Notes under the pieces: generated by a model
Database searches by the model: none
What the model saw: only the letters and a program-made list of their open reading frames with translations
Told to the model about the DNA's origin: nothing
Assembly (NCBI RefSeq): GCF_000196355.1
Contig: NC_007614.1
Location: forward strand, 2,550,001 to 2,582,000
DNA length: 32,000 nucleotides
Origin: Nitrosospira multiformis ATCC 25196
Lineage (GTDB): Bacteria > Pseudomonadota > Gammaproteobacteria > Burkholderiales > Nitrosomonadaceae
Direction of reading: 5' to 3'
In this document: one piece after another, positions 1 through 8,710 of the stretch
Layout of the letters: the number at the start of each line of letters is the position of its first letter
How positions within the stretch are numbered: the first letter of the stretch is position 1
Program-made: the position numbers and the translations under genes

Positions 1-71
1 TTCAACAACAAGGCGGCGACAGAGGAATCCACGCCGCCGGACATTCCGACAACTACGCGCGCCTTGCTCAT
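1..71 (-). CDS. mnmA: tRNA 2-thiouridine(34) synthase MnmA, first 23 codons only (gene runs off the left edge)
   Basis: The reverse complement of 1..71 reads MSKARVVVGMSGGVDSSVAALLL. This is the PP-loop SGGxDSS motif at the N-terminal position typical of MnmA/TrmU. The ATG is at 71..69, directly after the NUDIX stop (73..75). It is absent from the ORF track because it is truncated. Confidence 0.8.
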   Translation of the reverse strand, partial: MSKARVVVGMSGGVDSSVAALLL

Positions 72-72
72 T

Positions 73-519
73 TCAAGCCAGATGAGTAAGGATGTCGAGC
101 GGACACCCTTTCCCTGCCAGATGGTCTTCGATGCATTTCATGACGAGGGGGCTACGGTGGCAATAGGTCATGCTGCGGATTTCATCGATGTCGAACCAGT
201 CAGCGCGTACGATGCCTGCGTCCAGGTCGCGGCCGGGATCATGGCCGCTCACTGAACCGGAAAAAGCAAAGCGTATGAATGTTGTATCTTCCGCCGGGGA
301 ATGCCAGTGATAAATGCCGAGTACGGATTGGGGGACGAACATGTAGCCCGTCTCTTCCAGAGTTTCCCGTATCGCGCCATGGATGATTGACTCCCCCGGC
401 TCCAGATGACCCGCCGGCTGATTAAATAACAAGCCGCTGCTGGTTTGCTCTTCCACCAGAAGATATTGCCCGTCTTTCTCCACCACTGCTGCCACCGTTA
501 CATTGGGTTTCCAGATCAT
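73..519 (-). CDS. NUDIX hydrolase (NudJ-like)
   Basis: 148-aa ORF with a complete Nudix box GHLEPGESIIHGAIRETLEETGY (Gx5Ex7REUxEExGU). Its position immediately upstream of mnmA matches the nudJ-mnmA arrangement known from E. coli. Confidence 0.85.
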   Translation of the reverse strand: MIWKPNVTVAAVVEKDGQYLLVEEQTSSGLLFNQPAGHLEPGESIIHGAIRETLEETGYMFVPQSVLGIYHWHSPAEDTTFIRFAFSGSVSGHDPGRDLDAGIVRADWFDIDEIRSMTYCHRSPLVMKCIEDHLAGKGCPLDILTHLA

Positions 520-785
520 GATTTCATTATTTCAACCGTTTTAATTATTAAATAGCGGAACGTGGATACAACCGGACACGGGGCCCGAAATGTCATACTC
601 CTATTATAAGGGAAGCCGTCCCGCCGCTGCGGTCTGTAACGCTTTCACGAGATATCGGGAAACCCGGGGGGCAAAAGCAAGCGCTTCTATCCGAAACGCG
701 GTTAAAATATATGAATTTTTTGCCGATCCGGTTCCGGCTTGTTCCGGATTATGGAACCAAGCCCTGCTCAACAAATGGAGATAGC

Positions 786-2039
786 ATGTATCAGCACATC
801 AGCATACCAGCGGAAGGCTCGAAGATCAGCGTAAATGCGGATTATTCCCTGAATGTGCCGGACAACCCGGTCATACCCTATATAGAAGGCGACGGAATCG
901 GGGTGGATATTACTCCGGTAATGAGGAAAGTGGTGGATTCCGCCGTAGAAAAGGCTTATGAAGGCAAACGCAGGATTTCCTGGATGGAAATCTATGCCGG
1001 AGAGAAATCGACGCGTATTTACGGCGAAAATGTCTGGTTACCCGAGGAAACCCTGCAGGCGGCGAAAGAGTATGTGGTTTCGATCAAGGGTCCGTTGACC
1101 ACACCGGTGGGAGGCGGCATCCGCTCCATCAATGTGGCTTTGCGCCAGGAGCTGGATTTGTATGTATGCCTTCGTCCTGTTCGCTATTTTCAGGGGGTAC
1201 CTAGCCCCTTGAAAAATCCGGAGAAAACCGACATGGTCATTTTTCGCGAGAATTCGGAGGACATCTACGCCGGTATTGAATGGGAAGCCGGGTCGGAAGG
1301 CGCTAAAAAAGTTATCGATTTTCTGATGAACGACATGAGCGTCACCAAGATACGCTTTCCCCAAACCGCAGGGATCGGCGTAAAGCCGGTATCCCGCGAA
1401 GGTACCGAGAGGCTGGTACGCAAGGCAATTCAATATGCGATAGATAACGGACGGCGCTCGGTAACCCTGGTGCATAAAGGCAACATCATGAAATTTACCG
1501 AAGGTGCGTTCAAGAACTGGGGCTATCAGCTTGCAGCAAAAGAGTTTGGAGCAAGCCTGCTCGACGGCGGACCATGGATGAAGCTGCCTGAGGATAAAGG
1601 CGGTATAGTGATCAAGGATGTGATCGCGGACGCTTTTCTTCAGCAGATTCTGCTGCGGCCGGAGGAATACGATGTCATCGCCACGTTGAATCTGAACGGC
1701 GATTATGTTTCCGATGCTTTGGCTGCGCAGGTAGGCGGCATCGGGATCGCCCCCGGCGCAAACATGAGCGACTCGATAGCCATTTTCGAGGCAACCCATG
1801 GAACCGCTCCCAAGTATGCCGGCAAGGACCAGGTCAATCCAGGCTCCATCATTCTGTCCGCGGAGATGATGCTGAGGCATATGGGCTGGGCAGAAGCTGC
1901 TGATCTCATCACGCAGTCGATGGAAAAAACCATTCAGGATAAAACCGTAACTTATGACTTCGCCCGCCTGATGGCCGGTGCGCAAAAAGTCTCCTGTTCA
2001 GCATTTGGGCAGGCCTTGATCGAAAACATGGCCCGTTGA
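786..2039 (+). CDS. icd: NADP-dependent isocitrate dehydrogenase (homodimeric prokaryotic type)
   Basis: The sequence is colinear with E. coli Icd from [17 protein letters not shown]...[20 protein letters not shown]. It contains [27 protein letters not shown], the AceK-target Ser loop. I moved the start from the track's 711 to the ATG at 786, which has a GGAGA Shine-Dalgarno 6 nt upstream and matches the family N-terminus. Confidence 0.95.
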   Translation: MYQHISIPAEGSKISVNADYSLNVPDNPVIPYIEGDGIGVDITPVMRKVVDSAVEKAYEGKRRISWMEIYAGEKSTRIYGENVWLPEETLQAAKEYVVSIKGPLTTPVGGGIRSINVALRQELDLYVCLRPVRYFQGVPSPLKNPEKTDMVIFRENSEDIYAGIEWEAGSEGAKKVIDFLMNDMSVTKIRFPQTAGIGVKPVSREGTERLVRKAIQYAIDNGRRSVTLVHKGNIMKFTEGAFKNWGYQLAAKEFGASLLDGGPWMKLPEDKGGIVIKDVIADAFLQQILLRPEEYDVIATLNLNGDYVSDALAAQVGGIGIAPGANMSDSIAIFEATHGTAPKYAGKDQVNPGSIILSAEMMLRHMGWAEAADLITQSMEKTIQDKTVTYDFARLMAGAQKVSCSAFGQALIENMAR

Positions 2040-2133
2040 AAAGATGGCACATCGAAAATCTGCTGCCTTGGGGGCGGAAGGGTAAGCAAGCGGTAAAAGT
2101 ATTGATGGGTTTGCTGCTTATCCTCGACAAGAA

Positions 2134-2166
2134 AAAGCCCCTTGCTGATTTACAGCAAGGGGCTTT
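2134..2166. terminator. Bidirectional rho-independent terminator between convergent icd and the cold-shock gene
   Basis: Perfect 14-bp stem AAAGCCCCTTGCTG / CAGCAAGGGGCTTT with loop ATTTA. It is flanked by an A-run on the left and T-rich sequence on the right, so it can act on either strand. Confidence 0.75.
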
Positions 2167-2227
2167 GTATAATTCTGTGATGGATCACATGCTGTTCAGC
2201 GCGCTCGCACGCCCCGACATGAAATCT

Positions 2228-2431
2228 TTAAGCAGACTGAATATTTGATGCTTGCTTGCCCTTCGGACCCTGGGTAACCTCAAACGTTACTTTTTGACCT
2301 TCTTTGAGAGTTTTAAATCCGGACATATTGATTGCGGAGAAGTGCGCGAATAAATCCTCGCTTCCATCATCGGGTGTAATGAAGCCAAAACCCTTTGAAT
2401 CATTGAACCATTTTACTGTACCAGTTGCCAT
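2228..2431 (-). CDS. Cold-shock domain protein (CspA family; CspD-like by synteny)
   Basis: 67 aa, [34 protein letters not shown], carrying RNP1 (KGFGFI) and RNP2 (LFAHF) motifs. AGGAAG Shine-Dalgarno upstream. It is divergent from clpS-clpA, as cspD is in E. coli. Confidence 0.9.
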   Translation of the reverse strand: MATGTVKWFNDSKGFGFITPDDGSEDLFAHFSAINMSGFKTLKEGQKVTFEVTQGPKGKQASNIQSA

Positions 2432-2711
2432 TATTGCTTCCTATAAATAAAACCGGGCCGGAAACCCGAACACTGTTTGAGTTTCAAGACCGCAAAACGG
2501 CTGTAACCGGTGCTGCAGAGAACTTGAAGCCAAACGCCAAGAGCTGTTTTACGCAAATCCATTGTTCAAGTCAAGTAGTCCAGCCCGTTATTTGACAGAA
2601 ATGCAGCAGAAAATTTTCTAAAAGGTACTTGAATATTTCAGCGCAATCATCAAATATAAAGATTGGAAGTGGTTATATTTCGGTTTTAATTAAAGGCAAG
2701 AATACAGGATC

Positions 2712-3020
2712 ATGGCTGCAAGAAATCATGGTGAGGTTGTACTTGAGGCTAAAAAGAGTAAACTCAAGCCGCCGCCAATGTTCAAGGTTATTTTGCTGAA
2801 TGATGACTTCACTCCGATGGATTTCGTGGTGACTGTATTACAGACTTTTTTTTCCATGAACCGAGAACAGGCGACACAAATCATGCTCAAAGTCCATATG
2901 GACGGAGCTGGAGTATGTGGAGTTTATCCCAATGATGTGGCTTCCACAAAAGTCGAACAGGTGGTTGCATTTGCAAGGCAGCATCAGCATCCGCTACAGT
3001 GCGTGATGGAGGAGAACTGA
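2712..3020 (+). CDS. clpS: ATP-dependent Clp protease adaptor ClpS
   Basis: 102 aa with the ClpS core [27 protein letters not shown]...[19 protein letters not shown]. The stop lies 1 nt before the clpA ATG. Confidence 0.95.
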   Translation: MAARNHGEVVLEAKKSKLKPPPMFKVILLNDDFTPMDFVVTVLQTFFSMNREQATQIMLKVHMDGAGVCGVYPNDVASTKVEQVVAFARQHQHPLQCVMEEN

Positions 3021-3021
3021 A

Positions 3022-5280
3022 ATGATTGCTCAAGAATTAGAGGTAAGTCTGCATATGGCATTCGTGGAATCGCGTCAGAAGCGCCACGAGTTCATTACGG
3101 TCGAGCATCTGTTACTGGCCCTGCTCGATAATCCGACTGCCGCAGAGGTATTGCGCGCCTGCTCGGTTGATATGGACGATCTACGCCGGCTGCTGACTGA
3201 GCATGTCACCGAAAACACGCCGACTGTGGGAGGAAGTGGAGAGGTAGATACGCAGCCTACTCTTGGTTTTCAGCGCGTTATCCAGCGTGCGATTCTGCAT
3301 GTGCAGTCCTCCGGGAAAAAAGAGGTTACGGGTGCAAACGTACTGGTAGCAATATTTGGCGAAAAGGATTCGCACGCAGTTTATTTTCTTCATCAAAAGG
3401 GGGTAACCCGGCTCGATGTCGTGAACTATATTTCTCACGGCATCAGCAAAGTTCCGCAGGGAACCAACGCCAAAACCGAAAGCGAAGGGGATACCGAGCA
3501 GGAAATGAATGCAGGGGGCGCGCTGGAAAGTTATGCGGTCAATCTCAACGCCCAAGCACTGGCAGGCAAGATCGATCCGTTGATCGGACGGGAGCGCGAG
3601 CTGGAGCGCCTGATACAGACGCTGTGTCGCCGGCGCAAGAACAACCCGTTATTGGTGGGGGAAGCAGGAGTAGGCAAAACAGCTATTGCTGAAGGTCTGG
3701 CACGGCGAATCATCGAGAACGACGTCCCCGAGATCCTTGCACATCATCAGGTTTATGCCCTGGATATGGGAGCGCTGCTGGCGGGTACCAAATACCGGGG
3801 TGATTTCGAGCAACGCCTGAAGGCCGTACTCAAACAGTTGCTCGAGAGCTCGAATGCCATACTATTCATCGACGAAATTCACACCCTGATCGGGGCTGGC
3901 GCAGCTTCCGGAGGCACGCTGGATGCCTCCAATCTATTGAAACCGATACTGAATACCGGACAGCTGAAATGCATTGGCGCCACGACTTACAGCGAATATC
4001 GCGGAATCTTCGAAAAGGATCATGCGCTTTCACGGCGCTTCCAGAAGATCGATGTGCTCGAACCGAGCGTGGATGAAACGGTTTCCATACTGCGTGGCTT
4101 GAAAGCGCGTTATGAGGCCCATCATGGTGTCAAATATACCGCTACCGCGCTTACGACCGCCGCCGAGTTGTCGGCACGCTTTATCAACGACCGGCACTTG
4201 CCTGACAAGGCAATCGATGTGATCGATGAAGCCGGCGCAGCACAGCGTGTTTTACCCAAATCGAAGCAGCGCAAGGTAATCAGCAGGCATGAGATAGAGG
4301 TCATCATTGCCAAGATTGCGCGTATTCCGGCGCAGAATATTTCCAGTGACGATCGCAACACGTTGAAGACGCTTGATCGTGACCTGAAAGCGGTTGTGTT
4401 CGGTCAGGACAAGGCCATCAACGCGCTGACAGCCTCGATCAAGATGGCGAGAAGTGGTCTCGGGAATCCACAAAAGCCGGTTGGCTCTTTCCTTTTTTCC
4501 GGCCCGACCGGAGTCGGCAAAACCGAGGTTGCACGGCAGCTGGCCTATGCGCTTGGTATTCACCTGCACCGTTTCGACATGTCTGAATATATGGAACGGC
4601 ACGCTGTTTCGCGTTTGATCGGCGCGCCGCCCGGGTATGTCGGATTTGATCAGGGTGGTTTGCTCACCGAAGCCATTATCAAGCAACCCTATTCCGTGCT
4701 GCTGCTGGACGAAATTGAAAAGGCGCATCCCGATATTTTCAATATCCTGCTGCAAGTGATGGATCACGGCACATTGACGGACAATAACGGCCGCAAGGCG
4801 GATTTCCGTAATGTCGTCATCATCATGACGACCAATGCCGGAGCGGAAGCGTTGAGCAAGGCTACCATGGGCTTCACCAAGGCCGCGCAGGCAGGGGATG
4901 AGATGGCCGATATCAAGCGGATGTTCACGCCTGAGTTCCGCAATCGGCTGGATGCGATCATTTCCTTTGCGCCGCTAGAGAGAGAAGTGATTCTGCGCGT
5001 AGTGGATAAATTCCTGATGCAGCTTGAAGCCCAGTTGCAGGAAAAGAAAGTGGATGCGATATTCACCGACGCACTGAGAGAGTATCTTGCCAATAATGGT
5101 GTGGATCCTCTCATGGGCGCACGACCGATGGCGCGTCTCATTCAGGACACCATACGCAGCGCTCTGGCGGATGAATTACTGTTCGGACGTCTGGCCAATG
5201 GCGGCAGAGTGACAGTGGATATCGATACCGATAACAAGGTGAAGCTTCAGTTTGAGGAAGAGGCGGCGACAGCGATATAA
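3022..5280 (+). CDS. clpA: ATP-dependent Clp protease ATP-binding subunit ClpA
   Basis: 752 aa with an N-terminal Clp_N repeat region and two AAA+ modules. Walker A motifs are GEAGVGKT and GPTGVGKT; Walker B motifs are ILFIDEIH and [18 protein letters not shown] Shine-Dalgarno lies inside the end of clpS. Confidence 0.95.
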   Translation: MIAQELEVSLHMAFVESRQKRHEFITVEHLLLALLDNPTAAEVLRACSVDMDDLRRLLTEHVTENTPTVGGSGEVDTQPTLGFQRVIQRAILHVQSSGKKEVTGANVLVAIFGEKDSHAVYFLHQKGVTRLDVVNYISHGISKVPQGTNAKTESEGDTEQEMNAGGALESYAVNLNAQALAGKIDPLIGRERELERLIQTLCRRRKNNPLLVGEAGVGKTAIAEGLARRIIENDVPEILAHHQVYALDMGALLAGTKYRGDFEQRLKAVLKQLLESSNAILFIDEIHTLIGAGAASGGTLDASNLLKPILNTGQLKCIGATTYSEYRGIFEKDHALSRRFQKIDVLEPSVDETVSILRGLKARYEAHHGVKYTATALTTAAELSARFINDRHLPDKAIDVIDEAGAAQRVLPKSKQRKVISRHEIEVIIAKIARIPAQNISSDDRNTLKTLDRDLKAVVFGQDKAINALTASIKMARSGLGNPQKPVGSFLFSGPTGVGKTEVARQLAYALGIHLHRFDMSEYMERHAVSRLIGAPPGYVGFDQGGLLTEAIIKQPYSVLLLDEIEKAHPDIFNILLQVMDHGTLTDNNGRKADFRNVVIIMTTNAGAEALSKATMGFTKAAQAGDEMADIKRMFTPEFRNRLDAIISFAPLEREVILRVVDKFLMQLEAQLQEKKVDAIFTDALREYLANNGVDPLMGARPMARLIQDTIRSALADELLFGRLANGGRVTVDIDTDNKVKLQFEEEAATAI

Positions 5281-5306
5281 CTCGGCTTTCAGGGTAGAAA
5301 ACAAGG

Positions 5307-5345
5307 AAGGCGCGAATTTCCGCGCCTTTTTTGTTTTTGTCTTTT
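5307..5345 (+). terminator. Rho-independent terminator of clpS-clpA
   Basis: Stem AAGGCGCG / CGCGCCTT with loop AATTTC, followed by TTTTGTTTTTGTCTTTTTT. It sits 27 nt after the clpA stop. Confidence 0.8.
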
Positions 5346-5472
5346 TTACTTTGCCTCGGATGCTGTTCCGATTATTCCCCGCACGCTGATCTCGCCGGAT
5401 TACCGCTGCCGGGCGTCCACTCTAGCCTCTATGGACTCCCTACGAACTCCTAATACCTCGTGAGTAAAGCGG

Positions 5473-5691
5473 TTATTTGCCGGACTCGTATTTGAAAGAC
5501 AGGTTTACCCTCGCACGATAAGCCACCACCTTGCCGTCTTCAACCACCAGATCCAGCTTCACTATTTCAGCGACGCGTAAGTCTCGCAATGTCTTTGATG
5601 CTGTTTCCACGGCATTCTTGGCGGCGTCTTCCCAGGAAGTCGTGCTGGTTCCGATTATCTCCGTTATTTTGTAAACACTATCTCCTGCCAT
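5473..5691 (-). CDS. Dodecin-family flavin-binding protein
   Basis: 72 aa, VYKITEIIGTSTTSWEDAAKNAVETASKTLRDLRVAEIVKLDLVVEDGKVVAYRARVNLSF. This matches the bacterial dodecin pattern (VYK..E..G.S..S.EDA...A...A.KTLR.L...EV). Size is typical for the family. Confidence 0.8.
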   Translation of the reverse strand: MAGDSVYKITEIIGTSTTSWEDAAKNAVETASKTLRDLRVAEIVKLDLVVEDGKVVAYRARVNLSFKYESGK

Positions 5692-6091
5692 GACATTTCT
5701 CCTCGAACGGTGAGCAACGAAAACGGGGCACTGGCAGCCCGCACCTCTACTGATGTGATTTCAGTTTAGGTCAATTTTTGCTGATTGCAAGCTGCCGAGC
5801 GTTTAAGTTGCGCATCCTCCCCGGTTCTTGGGAAGAATGCGGATTTCGAGAACGATGGAGGGGAAATGGCATGGCCTCTAATTCAATCCTCAATTCTTCG
5901 ACAAGCCTGCGCCCGTTCGACCCTGGGCAAGCCTGCCGTGAACTGCGCTGTGATCACGCTTTCGATCCTTCTTCAATTCAGAATCAGGGAGTGGAGAAGA
6001 AGGGCTCATGGTGTAAAACCGAAGCAAGAAATCCTTGAAACGCTCGGGCAAAAGGTGTTCCGCGAGTCCCGCGTAACCCAGAACGCCTCTA

Positions 6092-8662
6092 TCAGCCCGC
6101 CACCACCCGCTTGGTAATGTATCCGAGCGCTTCATCCACCTGATCGATGAGAATAAGGCACAATTCTCCCTCTTTCAGATTGTCAAACGCGGCATCAATG
6201 GCTCCGAACTCTCCGTAGATTTCCTTGACGTTCCGGGTGCGTTTCGCCTTTTCCAGGCCCTGCCGCAGCAGGCTCAGTACTTCCCCATCCGCACGGCCCC
6301 GCTGGCACTGATCCTGATAAAGCACCACTTCATCAAAAGCATCGCCCAATATTTCCGTCTGCCGCCGAATATCCTCGTCGCGTCGATCGCCAGCGCCGCT
6401 GATAACCACGGAGCGACGTTTCGCCGGAATCTTGTCGATCGCACTTACAAGTGCGCGAATCGCATCGACATTATGCCCATAGTCAGCAATAAGTGTAGCG
6501 CCCCGATGAGTGAAGAAATTGAAACGGCCGGGGGCAGTTTGCATGTCGCTGACAAAATTCGCGAGACCGCCGCGAATGATCTGCCAGTCAAGACCCACTG
6601 CCCAGCCCGCCGCTATGGCCGCCATCGCATTTTCAATCTGGAATGCGATGGCACCATTCTGTGTCACGGGAATCCCTGCAAACGGAAGGCGATATTCGAA
6701 ATTGCCTTCCGCAGCAACGATCGCATCGTCCTCGACATAAACGACACGTTTACGTTGGGCGCGATGCTTTGCGATCACGGGATTATCCGGATCACGCGCA
6801 AAAAAAGTGACCTTGCCGGGGCAATGAGCGGCCATGCCTGCGACAAATGGATCCGCTGCGTTCAGCACCGCCACACCCGTACCCGGCTTCACGTTCTGCA
6901 CGATGATGCGCTTGACGGCGGTGAGGTCTTCTACGGTATTGATGTAGGAAAGACCGAGGTGATCACCGACCCCGATGTTGGTAACCACTGCGACATCGCA
7001 ACGATCGAAAGCCAATCCTTCACGCAACAGGCCCCCTCTGGCAGTTTCAAGCACTGCCGCGTCCACATCCGGATGAAGAAGCACTTTTCTTGCACTCTTG
7101 GGACCGCTGCAATCGCCAGTGTCGATACGCTGCCCCTCAATATAGACACCATCCGTGCTCGTCATGCCGACACGCAAACCCTGGCAATCAAGAATATTGG
7201 CAATCATCCTGACAGTAGTCGTTTTGCCGTTGGTGCCTGTTACCGCCACTACCGGGATACGGGCATCATCGCCCTTCTTGAACATATTCGCAATGATCGC
7301 CTCTCCCACCGCACGCCCTTTGCCGAAAGAAGGTTGCAAATGCATGCGCAAACCTGGTGCTGCATTGATTTCGATAATAGCGCCTTGTCCCTCCAAAGGT
7401 CTGGCTACGCTTTGGCAGACAACATCTACTCCACAGATATCCAGGCCAATCATCTGCGCAGCTTCGACCATTCGCGCCGCGAACTCCGAATGAACTTCGT
7501 CGGTAACATCTGTCGCCGTTCCCCCGGTCGAAAGATTCGCATTATTTCTGAGAACTACCCGCGTACCCGAGGGCGGGACGGAGTCGGACGTCAAGCCCTG
7601 AGTTGCAAGGTGGGCAAGAGCGATTTCATCCAAATGAATCTTTGTAAGCGCGTTGGCATGTCCCTCACCGCGTCGCGGGTCACGGTTGATCTGCTCCACC
7701 AATTCTTCAACCGTGTGAATCCCGTCCCCTGCAACCTGGGGGGGCTCACGCCGTGCTGCGGCGATCAGCTTGTTGCCGACTACCAGCATGCGATAGTCGT
7801 GGCCGGGAATGTAGCGCTCGACCATTACTTTTCCGGTGACTTCAACTGCAACGGCATACGCTGCTTCCACCTGTTCGCGGCTCACGAGGTTCACGCGGAC
7901 TCCCCTTCCCTGATTGCCGTCCTGTGGCTTGACGACGACAGGGCTGCCGATTTCACAGGTCGCCACCCATGCATCTTCCGCACTTGTGACCGGCCTTCCG
8001 GGTGTGACAGGTACGCCCGCCGCGTCCAGCAAGAATCGGGTAAGCTCTTTGTCCTGCGCCACCGACTCGGCTACGAGGCTGGTGAGACAGGTTTCTGCAG
8101 CCTGAATACGCCGCTGTCTGCTACCCCAGCCGAATTGCACCATGCTGCCATCAGTCAGCCGGTGGAAGGGAATGCCGCGGGCAATCGCTGCCCGCACTAC
8201 TGAACCGGTGCTCGGCCCCAGGCGTATGTCTTCGGAGAGCTCACGCAGACGCTGCAGGGCATCCGCCAGATTGAAAGGAGTATCTTCTATAGCCGCGCTG
8301 CACAGGGCTTGTGCAAGATCAAAGGCGAGTCTGCCAACCGCCTCTTCGCTGTATTCCACGACGACCCGGTAGACGCCGGCTTCAAGGGTCGGGGCGATCT
8401 TGCCGAAAGCCACCGGACAACCCGCCTGTATTTCCAGTCCGAGTGCAGCGCGCTCGAGCACATGTGCAAGCATTTCCGCTTCAGGGCAAGAGGCGGCCCG
8501 AAGCAAATCGATTTCCGGAAATCGTGCGTACAGGCGATCCAGAAAACCCGACACGCCACCCGGCAGGGATTCAGGAGTGTCGCAGGAAACGACTGCCTCT
8601 ATGGCTGTCTGACGGCTCCACAAATTGGGCCCGCGCAAAGCGCGGAGACATGATACATGCAT
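6092..8662 (-). CDS. cphA: Cyanophycin synthetase, full-length (N domain + ATP-grasp G domain + complete Mur-ligase-like M domain)
   Basis: 856 aa. The N-terminus LRALRGPNLWS is typical of CphA. ATP-grasp core: VVVKPQDGNQGRGV...ERYIPGHDYRMLVVG. M domain has an intact P-loop VAVTGTNGKTTT (7217..7240), TNIGVGDHLG (6953..6982) and C-terminal lobe motifs PGRFN...DYGHN. Confidence 0.92.
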   Translation of the reverse strand: MHVSCLRALRGPNLWSRQTAIEAVVSCDTPESLPGGVSGFLDRLYARFPEIDLLRAASCPEAEMLAHVLERAALGLEIQAGCPVAFGKIAPTLEAGVYRVVVEYSEEAVGRLAFDLAQALCSAAIEDTPFNLADALQRLRELSEDIRLGPSTGSVVRAAIARGIPFHRLTDGSMVQFGWGSRQRRIQAAETCLTSLVAESVAQDKELTRFLLDAAGVPVTPGRPVTSAEDAWVATCEIGSPVVVKPQDGNQGRGVRVNLVSREQVEAAYAVAVEVTGKVMVERYIPGHDYRMLVVGNKLIAAARREPPQVAGDGIHTVEELVEQINRDPRRGEGHANALTKIHLDEIALAHLATQGLTSDSVPPSGTRVVLRNNANLSTGGTATDVTDEVHSEFAARMVEAAQMIGLDICGVDVVCQSVARPLEGQGAIIEINAAPGLRMHLQPSFGKGRAVGEAIIANMFKKGDDARIPVVAVTGTNGKTTTVRMIANILDCQGLRVGMTSTDGVYIEGQRIDTGDCSGPKSARKVLLHPDVDAAVLETARGGLLREGLAFDRCDVAVVTNIGVGDHLGLSYINTVEDLTAVKRIIVQNVKPGTGVAVLNAADPFVAGMAAHCPGKVTFFARDPDNPVIAKHRAQRKRVVYVEDDAIVAAEGNFEYRLPFAGIPVTQNGAIAFQIENAMAAIAAGWAVGLDWQIIRGGLANFVSDMQTAPGRFNFFTHRGATLIADYGHNVDAIRALVSAIDKIPAKRRSVVISGAGDRRDEDIRRQTEILGDAFDEVVLYQDQCQRGRADGEVLSLLRQGLEKAKRTRNVKEIYGEFGAIDAAFDNLKEGELCLILIDQVDEALGYITKRVVAG

Positions 8663-8710
8663 CGAAAGTTCTCCTAGCGTTTCTTATTCATGCGCCTTAG
8701 TGATATGTTT

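Noticed and set aside
711-785. N-terminal extensions of the track ORFs for icd (711), sucrose synthase (27627), SPS (29779) and tpm (19956)
   Set aside because: In each case an internal ATG with a proper Shine-Dalgarno aligns with the family N-terminus. The extensions would also overlap or invade upstream genes. Starts were trimmed accordingly.
1038-1985. 315-aa minus-strand ORF inside icd
   Set aside because: It is antisense to a near-textbook isocitrate dehydrogenase and has no recognisable features.
4252-5141. 171-aa and 125-aa minus-strand ORFs inside clpA
   Set aside because: They are antisense to clpA and their composition is not protein-like.
5778-6135. 86-, 110- and 81-aa ORFs in the spacer between dodecin and the 3' end of cphA
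   Set aside because: They are mutually overlapping, have no Shine-Dalgarno and no recognisable motif, and one runs into cphA. The region more likely holds the dodecin promoter. A TTGCAA-16 nt-TAAACT candidate lies on the minus strand at 5763..5790, but I did not report it as a feature because the support is weak.
6473-8203. 576-aa plus-strand ORF, plus several 60-130-aa ORFs on both strands, lying inside cphA
   Set aside because: It lies antisense to a gene with unmistakable full-length cyanophycin synthetase motifs. Its translation is Arg/His/Cys/Ser-rich with no motif. Long stop-free antisense frames like this can arise by chance opposite a coding gene.
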